Origin: Camelus dromedarius
Lineage: Eukaryota
Assembly (NCBI RefSeq): GCF_036321535.1
Contig: NC_087472.1
Location: 101,930,001 to 101,994,000 of the forward strand
Reading direction: 5' to 3'
Length of the DNA stretch: 64,000 bases
Position 1 is the stretch's first letter, and every line of letters begins with the position of its first letter. The position numbers and the translations under genes were made by a program. Shown piece after piece: positions 26,645 through 38,685 of the stretch. The notes below the pieces were generated by a model. It did no database searches. It had not been told where the DNA came from and saw nothing but the letters and a program-made list of their open reading frames with translations.

Positions 26645-27405
26645 GAAAAGCACAGGCAACAGACCTGAGTTTAAATCCTGCCTCTACCTCAAGCTATCTG
26701 CGTGGACTTGTGAAAATGCCTTAACTTCTCAGAGGCTCACTTTTCTCATCTGTAAAATGGGAATGATAATATTTACCCAATAAACCTCCTAGAGGAAAAC
26801 ATAGGCAAAACATTATCTGACATACATTTCAAAAATTTTCTCCTAGAAGAAATAAAAGCAAGAATAAACAAATGGGACCTAATGAAACTTACAAGCTTCT
26901 GCACAGCAAAGGAAACCAGAAATAAAACAAGAAGAAAACCTACGGAATGGGAGAAAATTTTTGCAAGTGAAACCGACGAAGGCTTGATCTCCAGAATATA
27001 TAAGCAGCTCATATGACTCAGTAAGAAAAAAATAAACAACCCAATCCAAAAATGGGCAGAAGACCTAAACAAGCAATTCTCCAAGGAAGACATACAAATG
27101 ATCAAAAAGCACATGAAAAAATGCTCAATATCACTAATTATCAGAGAAATGCAAATCAAAACTACAATGAGGTATCACCTCACACCAGTCAGAATGGCCG
27201 TCATTCAAAAATCCACAAATGACAAATGCTGGAGAGGCTGTGGAGAAAGGGGAACCCTCCTACACTGCTGGTGGGAATGCAGTTTGGTGCAGCCACTATG
27301 GAAAACAGTGTGGAGATTCCTCTTAGAGTTGTTTTGATGATGACATGAGATGTTCTCAATAAAACTCCTAGCTACCTAATAGGGTACATGGGAAACATCA
27401 GTTAC
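26645..27405 (+). mobile_element. MIR SINE split by an L1 fragment
   Basis: The MIR core 'ctcatctgtaaaatgggaatgataata' stops near 26779 and resumes as 'ttagagttgttttgatgat' at 27323. Confidence 0.8.
26780..27322 (+). mobile_element. Young LINE-1 internal ORF2 fragment truncated at both ends
   Basis: ORF 27098-27337 '[28 protein letters not shown]...[31 protein letters not shown]' (ORF2p Cys-rich region); no 3' UTR or poly(A). Confidence 0.95.
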
Positions 27406-27439
27406 TTTCCCTTCTGGAATATTCTTGCCCATATGCCAG

Positions 27440-27662
27440 ACTCCCAGGCACCCTCTAAGACTCGCCTTGAATCTAATAGTCCAGGAAGAGAAGATCCCTC
27501 CTTCTGCTCTGCTTTACTTGTATCTCTTCGGGCAGCTATTATTGTATTTCTCACTCCACACTGTACAGCGTTGGGTCATTGCTCTCCAACCTGAGGTCAA
27601 GACCATTTTGTATCCTCAGTACTTAGCATACTGCCTGGCATGAAGTAGGCACTCAATAAAGC
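27440..27662 (+). mobile_element. L2 LINE 3' end
   Basis: 'tgtatcctcagtacttagcatactgcctggcatgaagtaggcactcaataaa'. Confidence 0.75.
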
Positions 27663-28129
27663 CTTCCTTTTTTGTGTAGGAAAAAATATAAGGAGGACAC
27701 ATACCAAGATGTAACCATGGTTATCTATAGTTGGTGGGATCATGACTGGCTTTCTTCTTTGGTGGGAGGGCTCCTCTATATTTTAAAAAATGTTTTTCCC
27801 TACAATGGCCAAGTTTTATTTGAGTAATGATATGATTCTGTAAGAATTAATAAATGTATTTCAATAACAAGATGGATGGATGGACAGACATGGAAGGATA
27901 GATGTAGTCAACAGATTTAAGCACTTTCCATTCCTCCTGATTCTCAGTTTCTGGGTCAGAGTCTGAGTCTGCTGCAGTGTGAGAAGGGAAATTTCCATTT
28001 CCCATGAGCCCACGCCCTATGCTCCCAATTTCCTACCAAATGGTTTTGAATCTCTACCCCTTCTGTTCAAACTCACATTTTCTCAAATATCCATTCCAAG
28101 AAGGAAAAATGGCCTCCACTTCACAATGC

Positions 28130-28352
28130 CAGCACTTAGCAAACTTTGTCTATAAAGGTCCAAATAGTAAATATTTCAGTCTTTGGGGGCCATATAGTCT
28201 CTGTTCACAATTTCTCAACTCTACCGTCATCGTGTGAAAGCAACCACAGACAACACCTAAGTGAATAAGCATGGCTGTGTTCCAATAAAACTTTATTTAC
28301 AAAAACGCAGCAGGCTAGGTTTGGACCAAAAGCCACAGTTTGGCAATCCCCG
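28130..28352 (+). mobile_element. MER58A-like hAT-Charlie MITE
   Basis: 'gcatggctgtgttccaataaaactttatttacaaaaac'; paralogous to 21036-21246. Confidence 0.88.
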
Positions 28353-29539
28353 GTCTGTGAGTTTGCCAGTGTTGCTCCCCTTCCTGCCCACTTAAATTCT
28401 ATCCATCCTCTCTCTTTCAACTATAACATTCCTACTTTCCATCTACTGTCTTAGCCCGCTGTTACTGCACTGTAGTTACATGTATTCTAGTATGTGTCAG
28501 ATAAATATTAACCTTTTGCTAAGAAGTCTTCTACTTGTAGGGGGACTTTTAAAAGGGGTATGTTTTACAATTATGCCTGGAAAGAACTGGAATGGGAGAG
28601 TGTAAATATTCATAATAATAGTGTACAGGGCCTCAGCCTTATAATGATGTATCAGCATAGTAATTCCCATCTTAGAAGGAAAAGACATCCCGCCCAAATT
28701 TTTAAAATTAAGCAGCTCTACAATGACCTAATGGCAGAGCAACAAAAAGAAGCCAGGTACTACGATCCCATGTTTCATTCTTTAAGAAGTGTCCTCACTC
28801 TATTTCTAAAATCTAAAAGAGAAATAATAATAAAACCTTCTGTTAGGGGATAGAAGACCCAAGTGAAGAGGAGTCTTTCGTGTCTTTGGACAAGCTGGGG
28901 ATGACAAATCAAGCCCCACCACTGGAGATGCTGGAGGTTCCCTTCTAAATGAGCTACCATAGAAAAGTCTGTGCAGAACTCTGCCTTCAGCTTTTGGGTT
29001 TCATTTTTCCTGCTCTGCCGAATGCTGAGCCTGTGCACTTGGCTCCAGGAGATGGGCTAAGGTTTATGCTTAAGATCACGTGGCAGTCCCAGCAGCTCTC
29101 AGCAAATGCAGCTGAGTAGTCCATAAATGGTCCTTGTCGGGTGACAAAACGCTTAGCTCCCTCTCCCTAAAAAGGAAATACTCAAGAAAATGTACATTAT
29201 GGTCACCATGCTACTGACAAGATAATTTCCTGGCTTGCAGACCACTTGCTGACAGAGCAGACCCAGGGAGGGCAGAGATGCAAAGCCTGTTGATTCCCAC
29301 TTGGGGCTTTCCTGAACGTCTGACAGCCCCGTACTCCCAACAGCAGCAGCTCTGTTGGTGAGCACACGCCATCTGGCCCCGGAGCCCTGGAACTAAATGA
29401 AGGGAATACATTTGAACAGAGCTTTGGCCTGGGGTTTTAAAACATGCCTCCTATGGCTTCCTTTGGAAATACAGACTTAGTGACTTCCTCCTTCCTTCCC
29501 CTTAGGTCATCCCAACCACACCACACCTTCTCAAACAGA

Positions 29540-29770
29540 GCTAATGTATTCATTCATCGCCGCACAGTCACTCATTCACTCATTCACTTATTCCGTAAGT
29601 CAGCATGTACCAGGTGCTCCACAAATGGCCATACTTCAGCTACAGCAGTGTGAAAGTCAGATGTGGTCCCTATCCTCCCAGAAATTACAGCTGAGTGGAC
29701 GAGACAGACATTCAACATTTACGATGATGTGTGAGGAAGGTTATGCGTGGGGCAGTACAGTGTGCTGTGG
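29540..29770 (-). mobile_element. L2 LINE 3' fragment
   Basis: (CATT)n-like tail followed by 'catgtaccaggtgct...tggtccctatcctcccagaaattacag'. Confidence 0.65.
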
Positions 29771-29772
29771 GT

Positions 29773-29903
29773 AGGATGACCATATAATTTGCCATCCAAA
29801 TCTGGATGTTTCTGAGGGTAAAAGGGGGTGCAATTAATAAGTATTCCAGAACAGCAGGTTAAGCTAGGATTGTTCTGGGCCAGCCGGGTCACATGGGTCC
29901 GCT
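29773..29903 (+). mobile_element. MER94-like hAT-Blackjack MITE
   Basis: 'aggatgaccatataatttgccatccaaa...aaagggggtgcaattaataa' resembles the recalled MER94 consensus. Confidence 0.7.
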
Positions 29904-30503
29904 AAGCTTTGGCCATGTGGCCAGGGACCTCAGCTTGGGGGCCCACCTCCCCTCCTTTCCCTTTGTTACTCTGTTCCTACCTGCCCCCATTCTCGTCCTG
30001 CTGTCGCTCCTTTATAGAGAAGCAGAATGAGGCGGCTTGAGTGATGGAGCCCACTGATGTCAGTGCTTTAAATCCAGCACTTAGCAGTGCTGCCAGGCAC
30101 TCAGCCATCATCATTTCCTCCTACTCCAGGTTACCTTGAGAAGAACCTTCACCACACAGAGCCACTAAATCCTGATTCCTGCCTTTCATTCCAGCTCCCT
30201 TCCCATATTTCAAGAATGTGGCTGGGCCTTAGGCCAGGGCTGCCCTGTGATTTTATGCTCTTTAGCAATACAAGGAGTGGGCTGGCTTTGCTGTTCTGGA
30301 AGCTCCTTCTTCAGGGATGATGGGTTCCCAAAAGCCCAAAGCTCAGTGGGACAGCAGTCACCTAGAGGGTGTCCCAAAGGTATAAACACCTCACCAACAA
30401 CCTACCATTTTGTTCCACCTGTAAGTCTGAGCTGTGGAAGATTTCTCTTATCATTATCAAAGGTGGACCTAATAACCATACTGCTAATGACAGCCTTGGG
30501 GCA

Positions 30504-31483
30504 TGTGGCAGATGCTAATGAGGCTCTGCCCCACAGAACCCACCTCTGAGTTCACCTACAGTCACGGTAGATAACTTTCCAGCAGGCTGGTAGCTTCTCA
30601 CCACAAACGCCTATAAAGCCTCTGCTGGAGGTGCTACCTGCCTGTCCTCAAGCTTGCTCAACCCACATAAGGCAACCCTCAACCAGAGAGGAACGAGAAA
30701 CAATGGATGTGGTAGCCAGGCTCCAAGATGGCCCCAGTAATCCTTGCCTCCTGGTATTCATGACCTTGTGTAGTTCCCTCCCAAAATGAATATGGCTAAG
30801 CTTTGTAAGAAATATAACATAGTGGAAATGATGGTGTGTGACTTTTCAGGCTAGATCCTAAAAGGCACTTCTGCTTCCATCTTGCTCTCTATGGATCACT
30901 TGCTCTGGGGGAAGTCAGCCGCCATATTGTGAGGAAAATCAAGTAGCCTTATGTAGAGGGCCATGTGGTGAGGTCTCCTGCCAACAGCTAGCAATGAATC
31001 GTCAGCCAGGTTATGGAGCCATCTTGAAAGTGGACCTCCCAGCCCGAGTTAAGCCTTCAGATGACTGAAGCCCAAACAACATTTTTACTGCAACCTTATG
31101 AGACACCCTATGATAGAACCCCTAACTAAGCCAACCTCAAATTCCTGATCCTTAAAACTGTGAGATAATAAATGTTAATCATTGTTTTAAATTGCTAAAT
31201 TAGGGTAACTTGTTACAAAGCATTAGATAACTAATATGGTGGATAAAGACCCCAGTTTCCCCAGAGGCACATTACACATGGCTCCTCAATCAATCCTCAA
31301 TGGGATTGAGTCCTGGTTGTCCACAGTGGTAATCTTCTCATTGCATGCTTTTTATTTTTTTCCCCCTCTGTGTCTCATTCTCCCATTCCCTCAGGTCTGC
31401 TTCCTGTGATGATATCCCAAATAAACTACCTGCCCCCAAGTCCTTGCCCTGGCATCTGCTTTGAGGAAACTAAAATCAAGATA
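30504..31483 (+). mobile_element. LTR16-family solo LTR interrupted by MLT1
   Basis: 5' 'tgtggcagatgcta' and 3' 'cccaaataaactacctgcccccaagtccttg...tctgctttg'. Confidence 0.75.
30708..31238 (+). mobile_element. MLT1F-like MaLR solo LTR
   Basis: 'tgtggtagccaggctccaagatggcccc' through 'gataactaatatg'; 5-bp TSD atgga / gtgga. Confidence 0.88.
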
Positions 31484-31594
31484 GGGCATCTTGTTCCTAT
31501 TCATGTATCAACTTTTCAAAGGAAGACTAGCTTTTGTAAATATTTTTATGTCTTTAGAAAACACCTAGCCTAAGTCTTTATCAAAAATAGCTCT

Positions 31595-32036
31595 AACATG
31601 TATTTTATGATTCCATGTATATGAAATGTCCAGAACAGGGAAAACTATAGAGACAGGAAGTAGATTAGTGATTGCCTTGGACTGAGGGTGAGAACGGGGA
31701 CTGACTGCAAATGGGCACAAGGTGACAGAAACATGGGGTTAAAAGAATTATACAAAAACTGGGGTGTGGGTGCAGTTCAAGTGGTAGAGTGCATACTCAG
31801 CATGCACGAGGTCCTAAGTTCAATCTCCAGTACTGCCATTTTAAAAGGTAAATAAATAAATCTAATTACCTACCCCTACCCCCGCAAGAAAAAAACTAAA
31901 AAAAAAAAAAAAAAAAAAAGAATTACCTGAAAACTGGATCAAAGTGATGGCTGTAAGACTATATATTTACTAAACATTATCAAATTATTCACTTTAAACA
32001 GGTGACTTTTATGGTATATAAATTTTGCCTCAGTAA
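31595..32036 (+). mobile_element. Old LINE-1 (L1MB type) 3' end interrupted by a SINE
   Basis: 'tatgattccatgtatatgaaatgtccagaacagggaaaactatagagacaggaagtagattagtg'. Confidence 0.8.
31761..31919 (+). mobile_element. tRNA-Ala-derived SINE (Vic-1 type, camelid)
   Basis: tRNA-like head 'gttcaagtggtagagtgcatactcagcatgcacgaggtcctaagttcaatctccagtac', 'ctaattacc' tail, long poly(A) and a flanking duplication. Confidence 0.88.
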
Positions 32037-32937
32037 GTATGAAAACTGATTTTCATAGCTGAAACACGTGTAGAAATGAGAGAAAAAGAAAGAGGTAGGA
32101 CAGAGGAAAACGTGAAGGAAAGGATTCCCATTGCCAGCCACTTTAGATCCTTAAGAACTAGATTTACTAGAGTCTCTTCCAAGACAAAACCAACATATGT
32201 GATACGGGACAAGTAGTAACGAGGCCAAACTATGCCTACTCAAATACAGAAACTAATATTAAAGATAAAACCTCATGAGGGCTTTATCTAACCAAAGAAG
32301 ACTCGCCCAGAAATGCCACACCCATGGTTTTAGGAACCAATATTCACATCTGATATGTAAGAACACTCCTCGGGAACTTGTCTTAGGAAAGCCATCAGCA
32401 ACAACCAACCTTCATGGAGTGTGAGGTGTGGTGGGGGAGGTTGTGAGATTCTGGCATCTAAACCTCATGACGAAAGGAGGAAAGCATCAACAGTTATCAT
32501 CCATTTCCTTACAGTCAGAAGACCTTAGGCATACACACATACCTTCCTTCATCCCTCTTGCTGGGGCTTCCAGAGAGAAGCAGTGTCCCCAGGGAAATGA
32601 ATAGTGTGGCCCATTCTAGGAACCTCCTTCCTTCAGACTGGCCAGGTCTCTGTCTGGCTAGGATCAAAGTTCAAGAGCCTGAGGCAGGAGAGGGATGAGG
32701 GATGGAAAAGGATATTGATCACTTACTCCTTCTCTACATGTTTACTTATGGAACTTGGAGTTGCTACAGACTATCTGAGTAAAGGCCTTACCTGGACTAC
32801 ACTGATTTCAGAGTATGGTGGGAGCACCTGTTATGCGCGTGGGGGGAAGATATAAAAGACACACATACAGACACACACACAGGTACAAACACACACACAC
32901 GTATACATACACACATATGCGTACTGGCGAGTTAGTT

Positions 32938-33431
32938 GTATCAGTTAGCTTTTGCTACATACCAAACCATCCCAAAATTTAGTGGCTTAAAACAACCACC
33001 ATTTATACAGATCATGATTCTGAGGTTTGTCAAGGTAGTTCTTTTGGTCTGGGCTGAGATTTCTTACTTGCCTGCAGCCAACTAAATAACCTGTAAGTTA
33101 TCTAGAGGCTGGGTGATCTAGCTCGGCCACACTCTAGTACTGGGAAGCTATTGGCTGGGGCAATGGAGGCAACTACATGTCTCACACCATCCAGCAGGTC
33201 ATCTTGGGTCCCAGGGTGCCAGGAACCACACGAGAACAAGCCCCAAAGAGCAAGCACATTTTAAGCCTCTGCTTGCTTCATGTTTGCTAATGTCCCATTG
33301 GCCAAAGCAGATCATGTGGCCAGACCAGACTCAGGGGATGAAGAAATAAGATTCTACCTCTTGATGCAGAGAGCTGCAATGCCACAGGCAGGGGAAGTAT
33401 GTGGGGCTATCATTCATATAATCTACCACAC
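32938..33431 (-). mobile_element. MLT1 (MLT1H-like) solo LTR
   Basis: Reverse MLT1 3' end 'tgtatcagttagcttttgct...agtggcttaaaacaac' and 'cccattggccaaagcagatcatgtggcc'. Confidence 0.82.
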
Positions 33432-34469
33432 CTGTTTGTTTCTGTTTTTGTTTTAATTCTCTTCTAAGATCTGCAGGTTGTCATTCTTCTCACTCGCTGG
33501 AGAATGTGTTTTGTTCAACAGCTGTTCAAGCAACTAGAGAATAAAATTTATTTTGAGATGAGCCATTATGCCCTGAGATTAATTAAACTCTAGCTCTTTC
33601 TCTTGAAGAGAAAACCCTCTGTTGCCCTAATCAGCTATTGACTGCGATGCAGACGCCCCCAGAGTCTGATTACAAGTCAAATATAGGACGCCATTCCAGG
33701 CAACCTGTTGACAGCGTGGATTTGGCTCACAGGTCATCATGGGCCCAAAGGAAAGAAAAATGGCAGTGCCGAAGTCATGAAAGAGGAGGGAGGAGAGGAG
33801 TAAGGGTGTTAGAGGAGAGGAAGCACTCAGTTAACAGAACTGGCACTGGTGTCACCAGGGAGGAACACCCAAACACATACCACTCAACACCTCAGGAGGA
33901 ATTTGTAGCCCAGAGACCTTAGCTGCATCATTTAAAGGGTGATTCAACTGCATATGGGGTAATGTTTGACTAATCACAGTGGAGGGAAAACACTCTGTGT
34001 TCAATTACATACTGTCATAGGCAGTCAACACTGTTGGGGTCTGCGAGGGAGGAGGGGAGAGAAAAGATTGTCGGGTAATAGAGGTAGATGGGGCAGGGCG
34101 CATCTGGCTTGGGAGGATTTTCCAGGAAAAGAGAGATTGCAGACTTCAGTTTCAGCTCCCCACTGTGAGACAAACATGCAGGGAAAGGAACAGGGCCCTT
34201 CAGCTCACTTCCCTCCTGCTTCACTCAGCTCCTCTAACACAGTTCTAGCTGAACTTGCTATCAGGCCAGGGCCCGAGAACTAGCAAATAACCCTCTTGCC
34301 CAAAGCCCACAGGGTGAGCACACACACACACACAGGGCAGAGGCAGGGCCGGCCAGAGTAGAAAAAAAACTCTCACTGAGGCCTGAAGAATATTGTTCAT
34401 CCCTCAAAGCATGGATGGAACAGTCCCCCAAGTGGCCCCTTGGGGGACTTGAGGGCTTGCTGTTTGGGG

Positions 34470-34918
34470 TGAAGGCTGCCAGTTGCCCATTAAAATTCAA
34501 CTTTCTCCTTCTTATTGGGCACACAGCTCGACTACATTTCCCAGTCTCCTCTGCAATGAGGCTTGATCACCTGATTGAATTCTGGCCAGTAGGATGTGAG
34601 AGGAAGCCATGCCACTTCCAGAACTAGGATTTAAGACAGGAGACGTATCTCCTCCATGTTTTCTTTCTCCTTCCCACCACTCGAACCCACCGCAATCTAG
34701 CTTCAACCACACAGATAACACCAATACCCCAGGGGACAGCAGAGCCACACAGTAGAAGGATCTCAGGTTTCGGATTGACTGGGGAACAGAGCTGCCTCAC
34801 CTGTCTGAACCACACACCTCTGGACTGTTATCTGAGAGAAAAATAAACCCCCTGGTTCTGTAGGCTACTGTGCTGTTAAGTCTCTTTGTTATAGCAACTT
34901 AGCTTTTTACCCTAATAC
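34470..34918 (+). mobile_element. MLT1J-like solo LTR
   Basis: 'cacagctcgactacatttcccagtctcc', 'gagagaaaaataaac' and 'tttgttatagcaacttagc...cctaatac'. Confidence 0.8.
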
Positions 34919-35227
34919 TTTTATTCATTCAACCTAAACATTGTAGGGCCCCTTTGGGAGATTCTCCTCTGGTTTTGAGGTCACTATGAGGCCAGTCTTA
35001 AACCCTAATAATTAAAAAAATCAAAAAATATATATCCAACTCTGAAAAGACTGTAGAATGATGGCTGATTTCCCTGAAATTTTCGGGGAAGGGGGCAGAG
35101 GATGTGTTGACACTTCACATGACTCAGACAAACTGCTTCAAAACATCCCTTTTTCTCCCTAAAGTTTATCCCCTATGGCAACTGTCATCCTCTGTGTGTA
35201 TCCTCTCATTCTCACTCTCGCTCTTAT

Positions 35228-35232
<5 letters not shown>

Positions 35233-35282
<50 letters not shown>
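35233..35282. repeat. (AC)25 microsatellite
   Basis: Pure AC run seen directly. Confidence 0.97.
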
Positions 35283-35285
<3 letters not shown>

Positions 35286-35909
35286 TACACCTCCTCCTCT
35301 CAGGCCTATCTCCCCCTTCTGCTCTTTGCTCTTCTGTTACCTCCTTCTCTTCTAGTCTTATCTCTCTTGTACCCACCCTCCCCCATTTGTATCCCTATCT
35401 ACCATCCAGGTCACAAAAAGCCAAAGACCAACCTTAGCATCCATCTTTACTAGGAGGCAGGAAAATCAGTCAAACAGTAACAATTCTCATGTTTTTGATG
35501 TCAAGAGGAACAGAAGTAATTTATTACTTGTCTCTGTCCTGCCTAGGCAAACAAATTCTAATTGAGCATCTACTATGAACTCACAAGACAGACGTAGAAT
35601 CATCTGGAAAAAATCTTGAAAAGCAACCAATGAAAAACACCACAGTCCGAAAATTACTTGCCTGGAACTTATTAAAGGAAGGACCAAAATGGAGCCTGGT
35701 CTGTTAACAACTTGTGCTCACTTTCTAGCCCTATGCTGTTTCCTGTCCCCATCCCCGTTCCGAAACTTGGAAGGAAGTACCCGAGGTGGCTCCACAGAAT
35801 GCTTGCTGGAGCTTCAGTACACTAGACCCATGAGAAGGGGAGGGAGGTAGGCCATACAGAGGGCAAGGGAAACTAAGCCAGCCACAGAGGCAGCCAGAGC
35901 AAAAGCTTC

Positions 35910-36885
35910 ACAGCAACTCTGTGATCCGACAAGTTCACTCCTAGATATTTACTCAAGAGAAATGATACTACATGCTTGTAACAATACTTCTGCATGAATG
36001 TTCATGGTTGCTTACTCATAATAGATAAACATAGGAAGTAATGCAAATATCCAACATGATGAGAATTGATAAATAGTCATACAAAAGAATGTGATCTAGC
36101 AATAAAAAAGGAATGAACTGGCCATATCACTGTCCTAAAGGCCAGGTGTTACAAGATGGCTCCCAACGAACCTGCCTCCTGGTATTACACCATATGTAGT
36201 TCCCTTCAACTTTGTACCAGACCAGAGGTGTTCTGTGTGAATGATAGAATACTGCATGAATGAAGGTATGTCACTTCTGAGATTAGGTTATAAAAATCTA
36301 TAGCTTCCTGTTGGCTTGTCACTTGATCTGGGAGAAACTGTGTTATGAGCAGCCCAAAGGAGAGTCCCAAATAGCAAAGAACTAAAGCCTCCAGCCAACA
36401 GTCATGTCAGTGAGCTTGGAAGCAAATCCTCAAGAGAGACACTCATGAGACACCCTGAGCTCGACCCACTAGCTGCTCCTCAATTTCTGACCTCCAGAAA
36501 ATGTTTAGAATAATAAAAATCTTTAAGTCTATAAAAAAGGAACAAACTGCTGATATACACAACTATATGGATAATCTCAAAAGCATTATACTGAGTGAAA
36601 AAAGCAAGACATAAAAGACAGCACACTGTAAGACTTCATTTGTGTCAAGTTCTAAAACAAGTAAGACTAATACACAATGACAAAAATCCCAGCAGTGATT
36701 GTCACTGGTTGGGGGGTAGTTTGGGGACTGACTGAGAAGGGACATAAAGGAACATTCCAGAGTGATGGAAATGCTCTGTATCTTAATTTATGAGGTCAAG
36801 GTTGGGTATATACAATTGTCAAAGCTCACTGAATAGTACATTAACGAATCATGTATTTCACTACATGTAAATTATACCTCAAACA
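35910..36885 (+). mobile_element. Old LINE-1 (L1ME/MC type) 3' portion interrupted by an MLT1 piece
   Basis: 'cactcctagatatttactcaagagaaatga', 'atctcaaaagcattatactgagtgaaaaaagcaagaca' and 'tgtaaattatacctcaa'. Confidence 0.82.
36130..36530 (+). mobile_element. MLT1F-like LTR segment lacking its U5 end
   Basis: 'caagatggctcccaacgaacctgcctcctggtatt' and 'gtatgtcacttctgagattaggttataaaaa' parallel 30708-31238; it stops shortly after AATAAA. Confidence 0.8.
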
Positions 36886-37189
36886 CACACACATAAATAT
36901 TATCAGGAGAAAAAAAGACTATTATAAGGAAAATGGAAACATTAAACTTACAGTTTTGTTTCTAGCCATATAAGTTACAAAGCAGATCTCTATCCAGACT
37001 TATTCTTCACTCTTATCTCTGGCTTCATCTAGACTTTACCTTCATTCTGTCTCTGACAACTGCAGCAAAAGCTCTCCCCCACCCACCAAAACCATCATGC
37101 CAAATCTGTTGGGTGCAAACAGGCAGCTCCAGTCTGGGACAAATGAAATGAGCTCCCTAGGCTCATCCCTGGGTTGTGTGCTTCCAGGT

Positions 37190-38618
37190 CAGGCTGTGGA
37201 TGAAAAAGACAATAGCACAGAGATGATAGAAGGTCTTTACCAAGTCCTAGTGCTCAATCCCACTGGAGAACTCTGGGAGAGGGTAGAGGAGGATCTCACC
37301 CAAATGATGAGCCATCTGGGTCATTTATACACCAACTCACATCGGTCACTGGTTGAAGGCAGTTCATAGTGGTGCTAATTCTCCAGAACATTTGCTCTAT
37401 TGTGTACATAGACAGGGTAGGATCTGGCAGACAGAGAAAGCCCTCAAGCAAAGAAATGCATAAGGTGATCACAAATAAAATGAAGACAACCTACAGAATG
37501 AGAGAAAATATTTGCAAATGATGCAACCAACAAGGGATTAATTTCCAAAATACACAAACCACTTACATATCTCAATATCAAAAAAAAAACCCAATCAAAA
37601 ATGAGAACACCTAAATAGACATTTCTGCAAAGAAGACATACAGATGGCCAAAGGGCACACGGAAGATGCTCCACACTGCTTAATATCAGAGAAATGCAAA
37701 TCAAAACTGCAATGAGGGACCACTTCACACCAATAAGAATGGCCATCATCAAAAAGTTTACAAATAATAAATGTTGGAGAGGGTACGGAGAAAGGGGAAC
37801 TCTTCTACACTGTTGGTGGGAATGTAGTTTGTTGCAGCCACTATGAGAACAGTATGGAGGTTTCTTAAGAAACTAAAAATAGACTCACAATGTGATCCAG
37901 CAATCCCACTTCTCGGCATATATTCAGAAAAGACGAAAGCTCTAAGTTGAAAAGATACATGCACCTCTATGTTCATAGCAGCACTATTTACAATAGCCAA
38001 GACATGGAAGCAACCTAAATGTTCATTGACAGATAACTGGATAAAGATGATGTGATGTGTGTACATGCGTGTGTGTGCACACACACAATGGAATACTACT
38101 CAGCCATAAAAAGAATGAAATAAAGCCACTTGTAGCAACATGGATGGACCTAGAGGTCATCATACTAAATTAAGTAAATCAAACAAAGACAAGTATCATG
38201 TGATATCACTTTTATGTTGCATCTAAAACAAAGATACAAATGAACTTGTTTACAAACCAGAAATAGACCCAAATACATAGAAAACAAACTTATGGTTACC
38301 AAAGGGGAGCGGGGGGAATAAATTGGGAATTTGGGATTAAAAGATATACACTACTATATATAAAATACATAAACAACAAAAACTTACTGTACGGCACAGG
38401 GAACTATATTCAATATCTTGTAATAACCTATAGCAGAAAAGAATCTGAAAAAGAATACATATGTGTAACTTTGCTGTATACATGAAACACTGTAAATCAA
38501 CTATAATTCAATTAAAAAAACAGAAATGCCTAAGTTGGCAGCTGGACTTCAGATCGATATGGACAGAAATGGTAAGGCTTGAAGGGCTAGAGACAGGGCA
38601 TTATAACTGTCTGCTATA
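37190..38618 (-). mobile_element. LTR16-like LTR interrupted by L1
   Basis: 'ctcaatcccactggagaactctgggag' and 'cagagaaagccctcaagcaaagaaatgca' continue after the L1 to 'tgtctgctata'. Confidence 0.55.
37468..38521 (+). mobile_element. 5'-truncated cetartiodactyl LINE-1 with TSD
   Basis: ORF2 C-terminus, 3' UTR and A-tail; 16-bp TSD agaaatgcataaggtg (37452-37467) / agaaatgcctaagttg (38522-38537). Confidence 0.95.
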
Positions 38619-38685
38619 AGACCTAAACATATAGGACCAGTATTGTTCACTCATTGGGTCTGGGGTCTTAATCCATGCCCCCTAT

